From Arcobacteraceae bacterium (lineage in GTDB: Bacteria > Campylobacterota > Campylobacteria > Campylobacterales > Arcobacteraceae): DNA of 64,000 bases. The notes beneath the pieces are model-generated. The model made no database searches. It saw only the letters and a list, made by a program, of their open reading frames with translations, and was not told where the DNA came from. The translations under genes were made by a program, and so were the position numbers. Shown piece by piece: positions 55,391 to 64,000 of the stretch. Positions within the stretch are counted from its first letter, which is position 1. Each line of letters begins with the position of its first letter. The stretch is taken from the NCBI GenBank assembly GCA_965224485.1, contig CBDCZH010000019.1, forward strand, positions 128,001-192,000. The letters are read 5' to 3'.

Positions 55391-55848
55391 TAATTTAATT
55401 CTTTACAAAGTTTTGAAGAAAATAAACAAGAAAAAGTTCCCTTATTTTGATCATAAGAAAAATCTACATAGTTATCTGAATTTATATAAATTCTATATTT
55501 TCTTCTGTCTATTTTTATCCATTTTCCTAAAATCTTTTGCTCCTTCGTACTTGAAAAAATCATTGGGTCTAAAAGCATAATGTCATTATACCCATCAAAT
55601 AAAGTTTCATTTTCTACATTTATTGAAGCATCATCTAAAAACTCTATATATTCTTCTTTATTATTTAAAAGTAAGGATTTTGTAAAAACTTCTTGAATCT
55701 CATATTTGATTAAAGATATTTCTGATTTTATTTTTAGTAATTTTGATTTATCTAAAGCCTTGAAACTAGAAGAAAGTACAAAGTAAGACAACAAGGCTAA
55801 GATACTTATTACAAAAACTAGCTCTAAGAGTGTAAATGATTTTTTCAT
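55390..55848 (-). CDS. Prepilin-type N-terminal cleavage/methylation protein
   Basis: KKSFTLLELVFVISI. Confidence 0.85.
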   Translation of the reverse strand: MKKSFTLLELVFVISILALLSYFVLSSSFKALDKSKLLKIKSEISLIKYEIQEVFTKSLLLNNKEEYIEFLDDASINVENETLFDGYNDIMLLDPMIFSSTKEQKILGKWIKIDRRKYRIYINSDNYVDFSYDQNKGTFSCLFSSKLCKELN

Positions 55849-56060
55849 TAGTCATTTGATATTTTATTTGATATTTTTTGCACATCATCTTTAAATTCAT
55901 TAAATTCTTGGGTCATTCTTATATAAGCTACTAAAAGTTCTTTCGTACTCATATTCTTATCTTTTGTTAAATATTTACATAAATCTTGTTCTAAAGAGTT
56001 TTCTACACTTATTGTATAGGCTAAATTATCAATATGAAAAGTCAATTCTTTACTAGGCAT
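55848..56060 (-). CDS. Small protein, possibly ZapA-like
   Basis: Beta-beta-alpha start plus coiled coil; paired with a ZapB-like gene. Confidence 0.45.
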   Translation of the reverse strand: MPSKELTFHIDNLAYTISVENSLEQDLCKYLTKDKNMSTKELLVAYIRMTQEFNEFKDDVQKISNKISND

Positions 56061-56253
56061 TTTCTTTACTCTTTACTAGGGTTAAAGTACTATCAATTTT
56101 CAAAAGCATATCTTGATTGTATCTTACTAACTCATCATTTTTATTTTTAATAGAATCTAATTCGTATTTTAAGGTTTGGTTTTCAAGTATCAAGTCATTT
56201 TTTTGTTTTAAGAGTTTATCAATTTTAATATTTAAGCTTTGAATTATGTTCAT
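56053..56253 (-). CDS. Small coiled-coil protein, possibly ZapB-like
   Basis: Heptad pattern, L..KIDKLL...L..EN..L. Confidence 0.45.
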   Translation of the reverse strand: MNIIQSLNIKIDKLLKQKNDLILENQTLKYELDSIKNKNDELVRYNQDMLLKIDSTLTLVKSKENA

Positions 56254-56335
56254 AAAGCAATTCTATCTAAAAATCAATTATTATTTATATAATTTTTACT
56301 ATAATCTTATTTAAATATAAAAGAAAAGAAATGAA

Positions 56336-58042
56336 ATGAAAATTTTACTTATTTGTACATCATATAATGCTTTAACACAAAGAGTTCATACTTTTTTACA
56401 AGATTTAAAACATGAAGTTTCTCTTGAGTTTTCAATTTCAAGTAATCATATGATTGAAGCAGTTAATTTATTTAATCCAGAACTTATTTTAGCTCCATAT
56501 TTAAAAGAAAAAATACCTAAAGAGATTTATGAAAATATTTTATGTTTAATAATTCATCCAGGAATTATTGGAGATAGAGGACCTTCTTCATTAGATTGGG
56601 CAATTTTAAATAAAGAGAAGACATGGGGAGTTACTTTATTACAAGCAAGTGAACATATGGATGCTGGTGATATATGGGCTAGTGGCGAGTTTATATTAAG
56701 AGCTGCTTCAAAAGCTTCAATATATAGAAATGAAGTTAGTGATGCTAGTATAAAATGCCTAGAAGAACTGTTTTTAAAATTAAAAGATAAGAATTTTAAA
56801 GCACAAGTATTAGATACAAAGAGAAAAGAAGTAAAAGGGAAACTTAGAGTTTCTATGAAGCAAGAAAGTAGAAAAATTGATTTTTTAAAAGATAGCTCAG
56901 AAGATATTTTAAGGAAAATATATGCTTCTGATTCCAATCCTGGTGTATTATGTACTTTATTTGATAAAAACTATTATTTATATGATGCTTTTATAGATGA
57001 AAGTATAGAATTTAAACAAAAAGAGCAGAAAGCAGGAGATATACTTGCTAAAAGAAACAGTGCAATTTGTATTTGTACAAAAAATAGCTCAATTTGGATA
57101 AGTCAGTTAAAAGAGCAAAAAGAGAACTCTTTTAAACTTCCAAGTGTAACTGTATTAAAAGATAAACTAAAAGGAATAAAAGAGTCAAGAATAGCTTTAA
57201 TTAATGAGCAAAATCTTAAAACTTTTAAAGAAATAACTTATAAACAAATAGATGAAGTGGGATACTTGAGTTTTGATTTTTATAATGGTGCTATGAGTAT
57301 TGAGCAGTGTGTTAGACTTAAATATGCTTATGAATTAGTTTTACAAAAAGATATAAAAGTTCTAGTTTTAGAAGGTGGGTATGATTTCTTTTCAAATGGA
57401 ATACATTTAAATATAATGCAAGACTCTTTAAAAAAAGAAGAAGATGCTTGGAGCAATATTCATGCTATGAATGATATTGTAAAAAGCATTATAAATACAA
57501 GTGATATTATAACCATATCAGCTCTAAGTTCAAATGCAGGAGCAGGAGGAGCCATCTTAGCTCTTGCCTGTGATTATGTTTTAGCACGTGAGGGAATTAT
57601 TATAAATGCCCATTATAAAACCCTAGGTTTAGAAGGAAGTGAATATCATACATATTTACTTCCTTCTAAAGTAGGGCAACAAAACGCAAATCAATTATTA
57701 GAAAATTGCTTACCTCTTAGTTCTAAAAAAGCCTTAAAAATAAATTTTGTAAATAAAGTTTTTTCAAATAATAGGGAAACATATAAAGAAGACCTAGAAC
57801 TTTTTGCTAAAAACTTAAGCCAAAGTGATGATTTTTATGATTTTTTAGATGAAAAACAAAAAAATAGAGAAAAAGATGAAGAATATAAAAGTTTAGAAAC
57901 ATATAGAAAAGAAGAATTAGTACATATGTATAAATCTTTTTACGAAAAAGATTCAGCTTTTAATACCTTAAGAGAAGATTTTGTTTTAAAGAAAAAAACA
58001 GACAAAACTCCTCTTCGTTTGGCAAATCATAGAAGATTATAG
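56336..58042 (+). CDS. hypX: Hydrogenase maturation factor HypX/HoxX
   Basis: Formyltransferase domain (HPGIIGDRGPSSLDWAI, MDAGDIW) plus crotonase domain (FYNGAMS, FSNGIHLN, NAGAGG, GSEYHTY). Confidence 0.93.
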   Translation: MKILLICTSYNALTQRVHTFLQDLKHEVSLEFSISSNHMIEAVNLFNPELILAPYLKEKIPKEIYENILCLIIHPGIIGDRGPSSLDWAILNKEKTWGVTLLQASEHMDAGDIWASGEFILRAASKASIYRNEVSDASIKCLEELFLKLKDKNFKAQVLDTKRKEVKGKLRVSMKQESRKIDFLKDSSEDILRKIYASDSNPGVLCTLFDKNYYLYDAFIDESIEFKQKEQKAGDILAKRNSAICICTKNSSIWISQLKEQKENSFKLPSVTVLKDKLKGIKESRIALINEQNLKTFKEITYKQIDEVGYLSFDFYNGAMSIEQCVRLKYAYELVLQKDIKVLVLEGGYDFFSNGIHLNIMQDSLKKEEDAWSNIHAMNDIVKSIINTSDIITISALSSNAGAGGAILALACDYVLAREGIIINAHYKTLGLEGSEYHTYLLPSKVGQQNANQLLENCLPLSSKKALKINFVNKVFSNNRETYKEDLELFAKNLSQSDDFYDFLDEKQKNREKDEEYKSLETYRKEELVHMYKSFYEKDSAFNTLREDFVLKKKTDKTPLRLANHRRL

Positions 58043-58074
58043 AAACTCATAGAAAAGCGTAAAAAGAGGAAATA

Positions 58075-58476
58075 TTAATATTCTATAAGGGTTTTTGACT
58101 CTTTATATAAAGAAGCTACTCTTTTTCCCCATAAAGAAAAATCTAATAAATCTTTCTCATTTAATTTAAAAATATTCATTATTTTTTTAGTAAGTTCAAA
58201 CTCTTTTATATCAAAAATTTCATCAATATGTACTAATACCATAAGTTCTAAAATAGTAATTTTCTTACTTTTTTGTGATTTAAATTCTTTTAGATTTTCT
58301 TCTAAATTAAAATCTTCTATTAAAAATACACCTGAATTTTCTATTCCCATTTCAGAGCAATATTCATTTATTATATCTTTTTCTCTTTGTTTAAATTCAC
58401 CATCTACTCTTGCTAGAAAATGTGATAATTGTAAAAATGCAAATTTTTCTCTTGTTTGTAGTTTCATTAGTAACAT
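58075..58476 (-). CDS. TerB-like hypothetical protein
   Basis: LARVDGEF...EK.II...LELMVLVHID. Confidence 0.6.
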   Translation of the reverse strand: MLLMKLQTREKFAFLQLSHFLARVDGEFKQREKDIINEYCSEMGIENSGVFLIEDFNLEENLKEFKSQKSKKITILELMVLVHIDEIFDIKEFELTKKIMNIFKLNEKDLLDFSLWGKRVASLYKESKTLIEY

Positions 58477-58559
58477 TAAAAATCCTATGTTTTATATTCT
58501 ATTTATATTAAGTTAAAGTATAAGATACAATAGTTAATACTTTATAAATAGATAAAAAA

Positions 58560-59195
58560 TTAAGCCCAGCCTGGAAAAAGTTTAATCAAACCACTAGCCA
58601 TAAACTCAACAGCAATAGAAGCTAAAATTAGACCCATTATTCTTGAAATAACGTTAATTCCAATAAGTCCTAATTTTTCAGATAAATAAGCAGCCGCTCG
58701 CAAAAATAAGAAAATATTTAAAATTAAAATTCCTACTATTAAACTCATAATACTTAAATGTATAAAACCACTTGAATAGTTTGAAAAAACTATTACTGTA
58801 GAAATCGCACCAGGTCCCATAATAAGCGGAATTGCTAGGGGAATAATAGCTAAATCTCTATTTGAAACTTTTGCTTCTTCTAACTCTTCAGGTGTCTGTT
58901 TAGATCCAGGAATTTTAGCATTTATCATATTTATTGCTAAACTTAATAATAAAATACCACCTGCAACTCTAAAAGCAGAAAGAGAGATATTAAAAAATCC
59001 TAAAATATAAGTACCTAACCAAACAGAGCATAAGGCAACTATAAGACCAGCAAAAGAAGCATTTTTAGCTAAAAGATGTTTCTCTTGTTTTGATTTTCCA
59101 GCTGTTAGATTTACAAAAATCGGCATTGCTGAAAAAGGTCCCATAATAGCAAAAATTCCAAAAAATATTTTTACATAATCTTCATAATCTAACAT
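58560..59195 (-). CDS. MarC/YchE-family membrane protein
   Basis: FRVAGGILL, IPLAIPLIMGPGAIS, RIMGLIL. Confidence 0.92.
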   Translation of the reverse strand: MLDYEDYVKIFFGIFAIMGPFSAMPIFVNLTAGKSKQEKHLLAKNASFAGLIVALCSVWLGTYILGFFNISLSAFRVAGGILLLSLAINMINAKIPGSKQTPEELEEAKVSNRDLAIIPLAIPLIMGPGAISTVIVFSNYSSGFIHLSIMSLIVGILILNIFLFLRAAAYLSEKLGLIGINVISRIMGLILASIAVEFMASGLIKLFPGWA

Positions 59196-59852
59196 CTATA
59201 AGGCCTTAAGTCCTAAAATTGGGAAAACTGTTAATAGTCCTGAAATTATAAACTCAATTGAAATAGAGGCTAAGATAAGTCCCATTACTCTTGAAATAAT
59301 ATTAATTCCTGTAAGCCCTAGTTTTTTTGAAATTGCAGTTGCCATTCTAAGAGCAAACCAAATATATAAAGCAACACCTAATATTATAAGACTCATCATA
59401 AGTAAGTGAAAAATCCCATCATTTTTTTGTGAATAAATTATAATTGTAGAAATGGCACCTGGTCCTGCTATTAAAGGAATTGCTAAAGGAACAACAGCAA
59501 TTTCTTTTATATTTACACTTTTTTTCTTTGCTTCCTTTAATTCACTTTTTGTATTTTTAGCTTTTGGCATCTTAGCATTTAGCATATTAATTGCCATTAG
59601 CAAAAGTAAAATACCTCCTGCTATTTTAAAAGAAGAGATTGAAATTCCAAAAAAGCCTAAGATATACTGCCCTATCCATATAGAAACAAGACCAGCTATA
59701 AAAGCAGCAAAAGCAGCAGTTTTAGCTGTTTCCATTTTTTCAGCATGTGAGTGTTCACTTGTTAAAGATATAAAAATAGGAATAGCAGCAAAGGGAGAAA
59801 AGATTGCCATAATACCTATAATAACTTGTATATAATCACCTAAGGGTAACAA
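59196..59852 (-). CDS. MarC/YchE-family membrane protein (tandem paralog)
   Basis: FKIAGGILL, VPLAIPLIAGPGAIS, RVMGLIL. Confidence 0.92.
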   Translation of the reverse strand: MLPLGDYIQVIIGIMAIFSPFAAIPIFISLTSEHSHAEKMETAKTAAFAAFIAGLVSIWIGQYILGFFGISISSFKIAGGILLLLMAINMLNAKMPKAKNTKSELKEAKKKSVNIKEIAVVPLAIPLIAGPGAISTIIIYSQKNDGIFHLLMMSLIILGVALYIWFALRMATAISKKLGLTGINIISRVMGLILASISIEFIISGLLTVFPILGLKAL

Positions 59853-59976
59853 AATAAGACCTTAATAATTTTTTTATTATTATATCTGAAATATTAGTTT
59901 TTTAGTTTTTTTAAGATGTTGTTTTTTGGTTAGTAAGTTAGTAGGTTTTTATATTTAATTTTTTTTACTTACAGAG

Positions 59977-60672
59977 CTAAGCACCTAAATACTTAGCTCT
60001 TATTTCATCAGAATTAATTAAATCTTTGGCAGGACCTTCAAGGGCAACTAAACCATTTTCTAAAACATAAGCATAATTTGAAACTTCTAAAGCAGCAAAA
60101 GCATTTTGTTCAACTAATAAAATAGTCATACCTTCTTCTTTTAGTCTAATAATTGTATCAAATAACTCACCAATAATTTTAGGAGCAAGTCCTAATGATG
60201 GTTCATCAAGCATAAGAAGTCTAGGACTTGACATCAAAGCCCTAGCAATTGCAAGCATTTGTTGCTCACCTCCACTCATAGTTCCAGCTAACTGACCTTT
60301 TTTAGCAACAAGTCTTGGAAATAGTTTAAACATCTCTTCTTGAAGTTCTTCATATTTAGAATCATTGTTAAAAGCACCCATTCTAAGGTTCTCTTCAATA
60401 CTTAGATTCTGAAAACATCTTCTACCTTCAGGAACTAAAGCAATGTCACTTTGTATTATTTTATGAGTTTGTTCTTTTGAAATATCTTTACCCTCAAAAA
60501 TAATTTGACCAGTTTTTTTAACATCATTTACAATTGATTGTAAGGTTGATGTTTTACCCGCACCATTTGAACCAATTAATGAAATAATTTCACCTTTAGG
60601 AACTTCGAAATCTATACCTTTTACAGCTTTTATAAGCCCATAAAATACTTCTAAATTTTTTACTTTAAGCAT
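59977..60672 (-). CDS. livF: Branched-chain amino acid ABC ATPase
   Basis: GSNGAGKTS, VPEGRR, MSGGEQQMLAIARALM, DEPSLGLAP. Confidence 0.93.
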   Translation of the reverse strand: MLKVKNLEVFYGLIKAVKGIDFEVPKGEIISLIGSNGAGKTSTLQSIVNDVKKTGQIIFEGKDISKEQTHKIIQSDIALVPEGRRCFQNLSIEENLRMGAFNNDSKYEELQEEMFKLFPRLVAKKGQLAGTMSGGEQQMLAIARALMSSPRLLMLDEPSLGLAPKIIGELFDTIIRLKEEGMTILLVEQNAFAALEVSNYAYVLENGLVALEGPAKDLINSDEIRAKYLGA

Positions 60673-61432
60673 GTTTAAAATCTCCAAGATAAGCTTTTAT
60701 AACTTCTTCATCTTTAATGGCATCTTTAATATCACCTTCAAAGATAGTTTTTCCATAATCTAAAACCATAACCCTATCACATAATTTATTTACAAACTTC
60801 ATATCATGCTCAATTAATAAAATAGTAATATCAAACTCATCTCTAATTTTAAAAAAAAGTTCTGCTAATTCATGTGTTTCTTGTGGATTCATACCAGCTG
60901 CTGGTTCATCTAAAAGAAGAAGTTGAGGATTTGCAGCAAGTGCACGTGCTATTTCAACCTTTCTTTGCTGACCATAAGATAAAGAAGTAGCTAATTCATT
61001 TGCAAATTCATTAATTCCTAAAACTTCCATTATTTCACTAGCTCTTTTTTTTACACGTCTCTCTTCAGTAAAAAATCGAGGAAGTCTAAAAATAGATTCT
61101 AAATAAGTATACGTTGTTTGATAATCAAAACCTATTAAAACATTATCCATTACACTCATTGATTTAAATAATCTAATATTCTGAAAAGTTCTAGCTATTC
61201 CTCTATGAACAATTTTAAAAGGTTTCATCCCATCAATTCTTTGCCCATGGAACTTAATAGCGCCTTCACTTGGCTCATAGTTTCCTGTTATTATATTAAA
61301 CATAGTTGTTTTACCAGCACCATTTGGCCCAATTAAACCATAAATTTCTTTAGACTTAACAGCAAAAGAAGTATTATTTATAGCAGTAACTCCACCAAAT
61401 TTCTTACTAACATTGCAAACTTCTAAAATCAT
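60665..61432 (-). CDS. livG: Branched-chain amino acid ABC ATPase
   Basis: GPNGAGKTT, GIARTFQNIRLF, LSYGQQR, DEPAAG. Confidence 0.93.
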   Translation of the reverse strand: MILEVCNVSKKFGGVTAINNTSFAVKSKEIYGLIGPNGAGKTTMFNIITGNYEPSEGAIKFHGQRIDGMKPFKIVHRGIARTFQNIRLFKSMSVMDNVLIGFDYQTTYTYLESIFRLPRFFTEERRVKKRASEIMEVLGINEFANELATSLSYGQQRKVEIARALAANPQLLLLDEPAAGMNPQETHELAELFFKIRDEFDITILLIEHDMKFVNKLCDRVMVLDYGKTIFEGDIKDAIKDEEVIKAYLGDFKHA

Positions 61433-62466
61433 TTGTCTGCCTTTTTTCTTTTAAATAAACCTTTTAACTCTTTTTTACCCATTAAACCCTCACGTGCAAA
61501 AAGCATAACAAAGATTAAAATTAAGGAGAATACTACCATTCTCATACCAGGCATTCCTTCTGTTTGAAAACCAAAAAGATTCATAGGTTCATCTAAAAAT
61601 CTCATATATTCTAAACCAGCCATTACAAAAATTGTTCCTAAAATTGCACCTGTTGTACTTCCTAAACCACCTAAAACAATTATAATTAAGAGCTGAAAAG
61701 TTAAGAAAAAGGTAAATAAATCTGGACTTATTGAAGTTAATAAAGCAGCTAATAAACCTCCACCAACACCTTCAAAAAAAGCAGATGTTGTAAATGCAAG
61801 AGTTTTTATTTTAAAAGTATTAACTCCCATAGCTGTTGCTGCATCTTCGTCATCACGTACAGCTTTCATAGCACGACCGAATTTTGAGTAAATTATATTT
61901 AATATGGCTAGAACTGCTAAAATAGCTAGTCCCCCCGTCCAATAAAGGTTTGAGGCTTCTGGTATATCATTTATTCCTAAAGAACCATTAGTAATCTCAG
62001 GAGAATTAATAGCTAAAATTCTAATAATAAAACCAAAACCTAAAGTTACAATAGCTAAATAATCACCTCTTACTCTAAAAACAGGAAACGCTAAAGATAG
62101 AGCTAATAAGGCAGAAATAATACCTGAGAATAATAAAGCCCAAACAAAATCAGCTTGTAACATCAAAATCCAAGGACTTGGATCTTCTATATCATATTGA
62201 TAAAGCATTGTTTCACTATCAACCATCAAAATAGCAGTAACATAAGCTCCAATTGCAATAAAACCATTCGGTTCAAGTGAAAATTGTCCAGTAATTCCAT
62301 TAATTAAGTTATAAGAAACAGCTAAAATGATAAATATTGCAACATTATTTAAAATTCTAATAGTATACTCATCAAAATAATTTTGAGCAAACCAAATAAA
62401 CCACATAGCTGTAACTATAATGGCTAAATTTATTATTCTATCTTTTGTAAATATAGATTCATTCAT
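61429..62466 (-). CDS. livM: Branched-chain amino acid ABC permease
   Basis: RGDYLAIVTLGF, AVRDDE.AA..MG. Confidence 0.92.
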   Translation of the reverse strand: MNESIFTKDRIINLAIIVTAMWFIWFAQNYFDEYTIRILNNVAIFIILAVSYNLINGITGQFSLEPNGFIAIGAYVTAILMVDSETMLYQYDIEDPSPWILMLQADFVWALLFSGIISALLALSLAFPVFRVRGDYLAIVTLGFGFIIRILAINSPEITNGSLGINDIPEASNLYWTGGLAILAVLAILNIIYSKFGRAMKAVRDDEDAATAMGVNTFKIKTLAFTTSAFFEGVGGGLLAALLTSISPDLFTFFLTFQLLIIIVLGGLGSTTGAILGTIFVMAGLEYMRFLDEPMNLFGFQTEGMPGMRMVVFSLILIFVMLFAREGLMGKKELKGLFKRKKADK

Positions 62467-62467
62467 C

Positions 62468-63364
62468 TTAAAACCTACTCTTTTCTAAATCTTCACCCAT
62501 AATACCAGTTGGTTTTATAAGTAATACTAAAATTAAAAAAACAAAAGCAAAAGCATCTTTATATCCACTCATATCAGGCCAAAATGCAATTACGACTACT
62601 TCTGTAAAACCAATAATAAAACCACCTAAAACAGCTCCAGAAACAGAACCAATACCTCCAACAACAGCAGCTGCAAAAGCTTTTAAGCCAACTAAAACTC
62701 CCATCATTGGTTCAACACTAGGATAGTTAACTGCCCAAAAAATTCCACCAATAGCAGCAAGGGCTGAACCTAAACCAAAAACTATTGAAATAATACTATT
62801 AGCATTAATTCCCATTAAATTTACTGTTTTAATATCAAAAGATAAAGCTCTAATAGCCATACCATATTTTGTTTTATATAAAACATATAAAATTCCTAGA
62901 AGCAAAAATAATGTAACAATAGGAACCATAATAGAAGCAACAGAGAAAATAACTCCAGAAAGATTGAAAATATGTTCCATATATTCAGGAACAGGAAAAG
63001 CTCTTGGTGTTCCTCCTGCAAAAACAGTAAAAGAATTTTCTAAGAAAAAAGAGATACCAATTGCAGTAATTAATAAAGAGATTTTGGGAGCTTCTCTTAA
63101 GGGTTTATAAGCAATTTTATCCATAAACATACCTAAAAGAGCAGATATTACTATTGCTAATAAAACTGCTACAGGAAAAGAAAGTTCTAAAACTGACATT
63201 AAACTATAACCCAAAAAAGCACCAACCATCATAATATCACCATGTGCGAAGTTTATAAGTCGTAAAACACCATAAACCATTGTATAACCAATTGCAATAA
63301 GAGCATACATACTGCCCAAACTAAAACCGTTTACCATTTGTTGCATGAAGGTTAATAGATCCAT
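62468..63364 (-). CDS. livH: Branched-chain amino acid ABC permease
   Basis: GSMYALIAIGYTMVYGVLRLINFAHG. Confidence 0.95.
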   Translation of the reverse strand: MDLLTFMQQMVNGFSLGSMYALIAIGYTMVYGVLRLINFAHGDIMMVGAFLGYSLMSVLELSFPVAVLLAIVISALLGMFMDKIAYKPLREAPKISLLITAIGISFFLENSFTVFAGGTPRAFPVPEYMEHIFNLSGVIFSVASIMVPIVTLFLLLGILYVLYKTKYGMAIRALSFDIKTVNLMGINANSIISIVFGLGSALAAIGGIFWAVNYPSVEPMMGVLVGLKAFAAAVVGGIGSVSGAVLGGFIIGFTEVVVIAFWPDMSGYKDAFAFVFLILVLLIKPTGIMGEDLEKSRF

Positions 63365-63451
63365 TTATTCTCCTGATTTGTCTAGCATATATTTATATTA
63401 AAAAAACTAAATTTTCATATTCTGTTATCTTTTAGTCTTTATAATATAAAA

Positions 63452-63474
63452 AAGCCTAGCTAAAAGCTAGGCTT
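63452..63474 (-). terminator. Hairpin between the binding-protein and permease genes
   Basis: AAGCCTAGC-TAAAA-GCTAGGCTT followed by a U-tract on the minus strand. Confidence 0.7.
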
Positions 63475-63493
63475 GTGATTTTTAATAAAATAA

Positions 63494-64000
63494 CTAAGGA
63501 TTAACTGTAGCTTTAAAAACTGCAACACCATCTTTTATTATTTTTATAACAGCTGATCTTGTTGCATTTCCATTTTTATCAATAGAAATCATTCCAGATA
63601 CTCCATCAAAATTAAGAGTTTTTTTAATCTCATTATTAATACAAATAGAATTACTTGGATCTTCACATCTGTTCATTGCAGCAATTAATACATTATAAGT
63701 ATCGGCACCTAAAGCAGTGAAAGAATTTACTTCTTTTTTTCCTAAAGCTTTTTCATGAAAAGCAACAAATTTAGCAGATGTTTTTGAAGGAGGATTTAAA
63801 TAATCAAAAAAGTCTGTAAACATATAACCATCAACAGATTTTCCACCTAAGTCAATAAATGTCTGATTTGCAACACCATCTCCTGAAAACATAGGTTTAA
63901 CTAATCCTAATTGTTTAGATTGACGTGCTATCATTGAAGCTTCTGGGTGATATAGAGGTAAGAACATAAAGTCTGGGTTTATTCTTTTTATTTGAGATAC
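63494..64000 (-). CDS. livJ: Branched-chain amino acid ABC binding protein, C-terminal part
   Basis: PDFMFLP, FDGVSGMISIDKNGNA; upstream of livHMGF; runs off the window. Confidence 0.85.
   Translation of the reverse strand, partial: VSQIKRINPDFMFLPLYHPEASMIARQSKQLGLVKPMFSGDGVANQTFIDLGGKSVDGYMFTDFFDYLNPPSKTSAKFVAFHEKALGKKEVNSFTALGADTYNVLIAAMNRCEDPSNSICINNEIKKTLNFDGVSGMISIDKNGNATRSAVIKIIKDGVAVFKATVNP

Overview
AT-rich chromosomal window from a Campylobacterota bacterium, most likely Arcobacteraceae (inferred from proteins and gene order). Most of it is housekeeping: guaB, gatA, the alpha ribosomal operon, leuBD, rpoD, hemL, rodA/rluD-trmB-ftsEX-envC, ggt, an HxlR-linked detox cluster, rpsU, dapD, priA, hypX and livJHMGF. 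Two accessory patches (about 0.6-10.1 kb and 49.2-52.3 kb) share the same parts. (i) Integron parts: a canonical 54-bp attC, a two-gene cassette (trypsin-like protease plus a glycine-zipper protein) disrupted by an IS30 nested inside an apparently identical IS30, an attI-like start, and, 43 kb away, an N-terminally truncated IntI. (ii) Two copies of a ~284-nt structured non-coding element with compensatory changes. (iii) Three RPE-1-like palindromic elements. (iv) Remnants of RAYT-like HUH transposase genes plus a short GTGCCTGTC(A/C)CC-type motif that always lies on the + strand and often sits at gene ends or truncation points. Several frameshifts fall in homopolymer runs, which suggests long-read assembly errors. 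All family calls are from motif recognition by eye; no searches were run.
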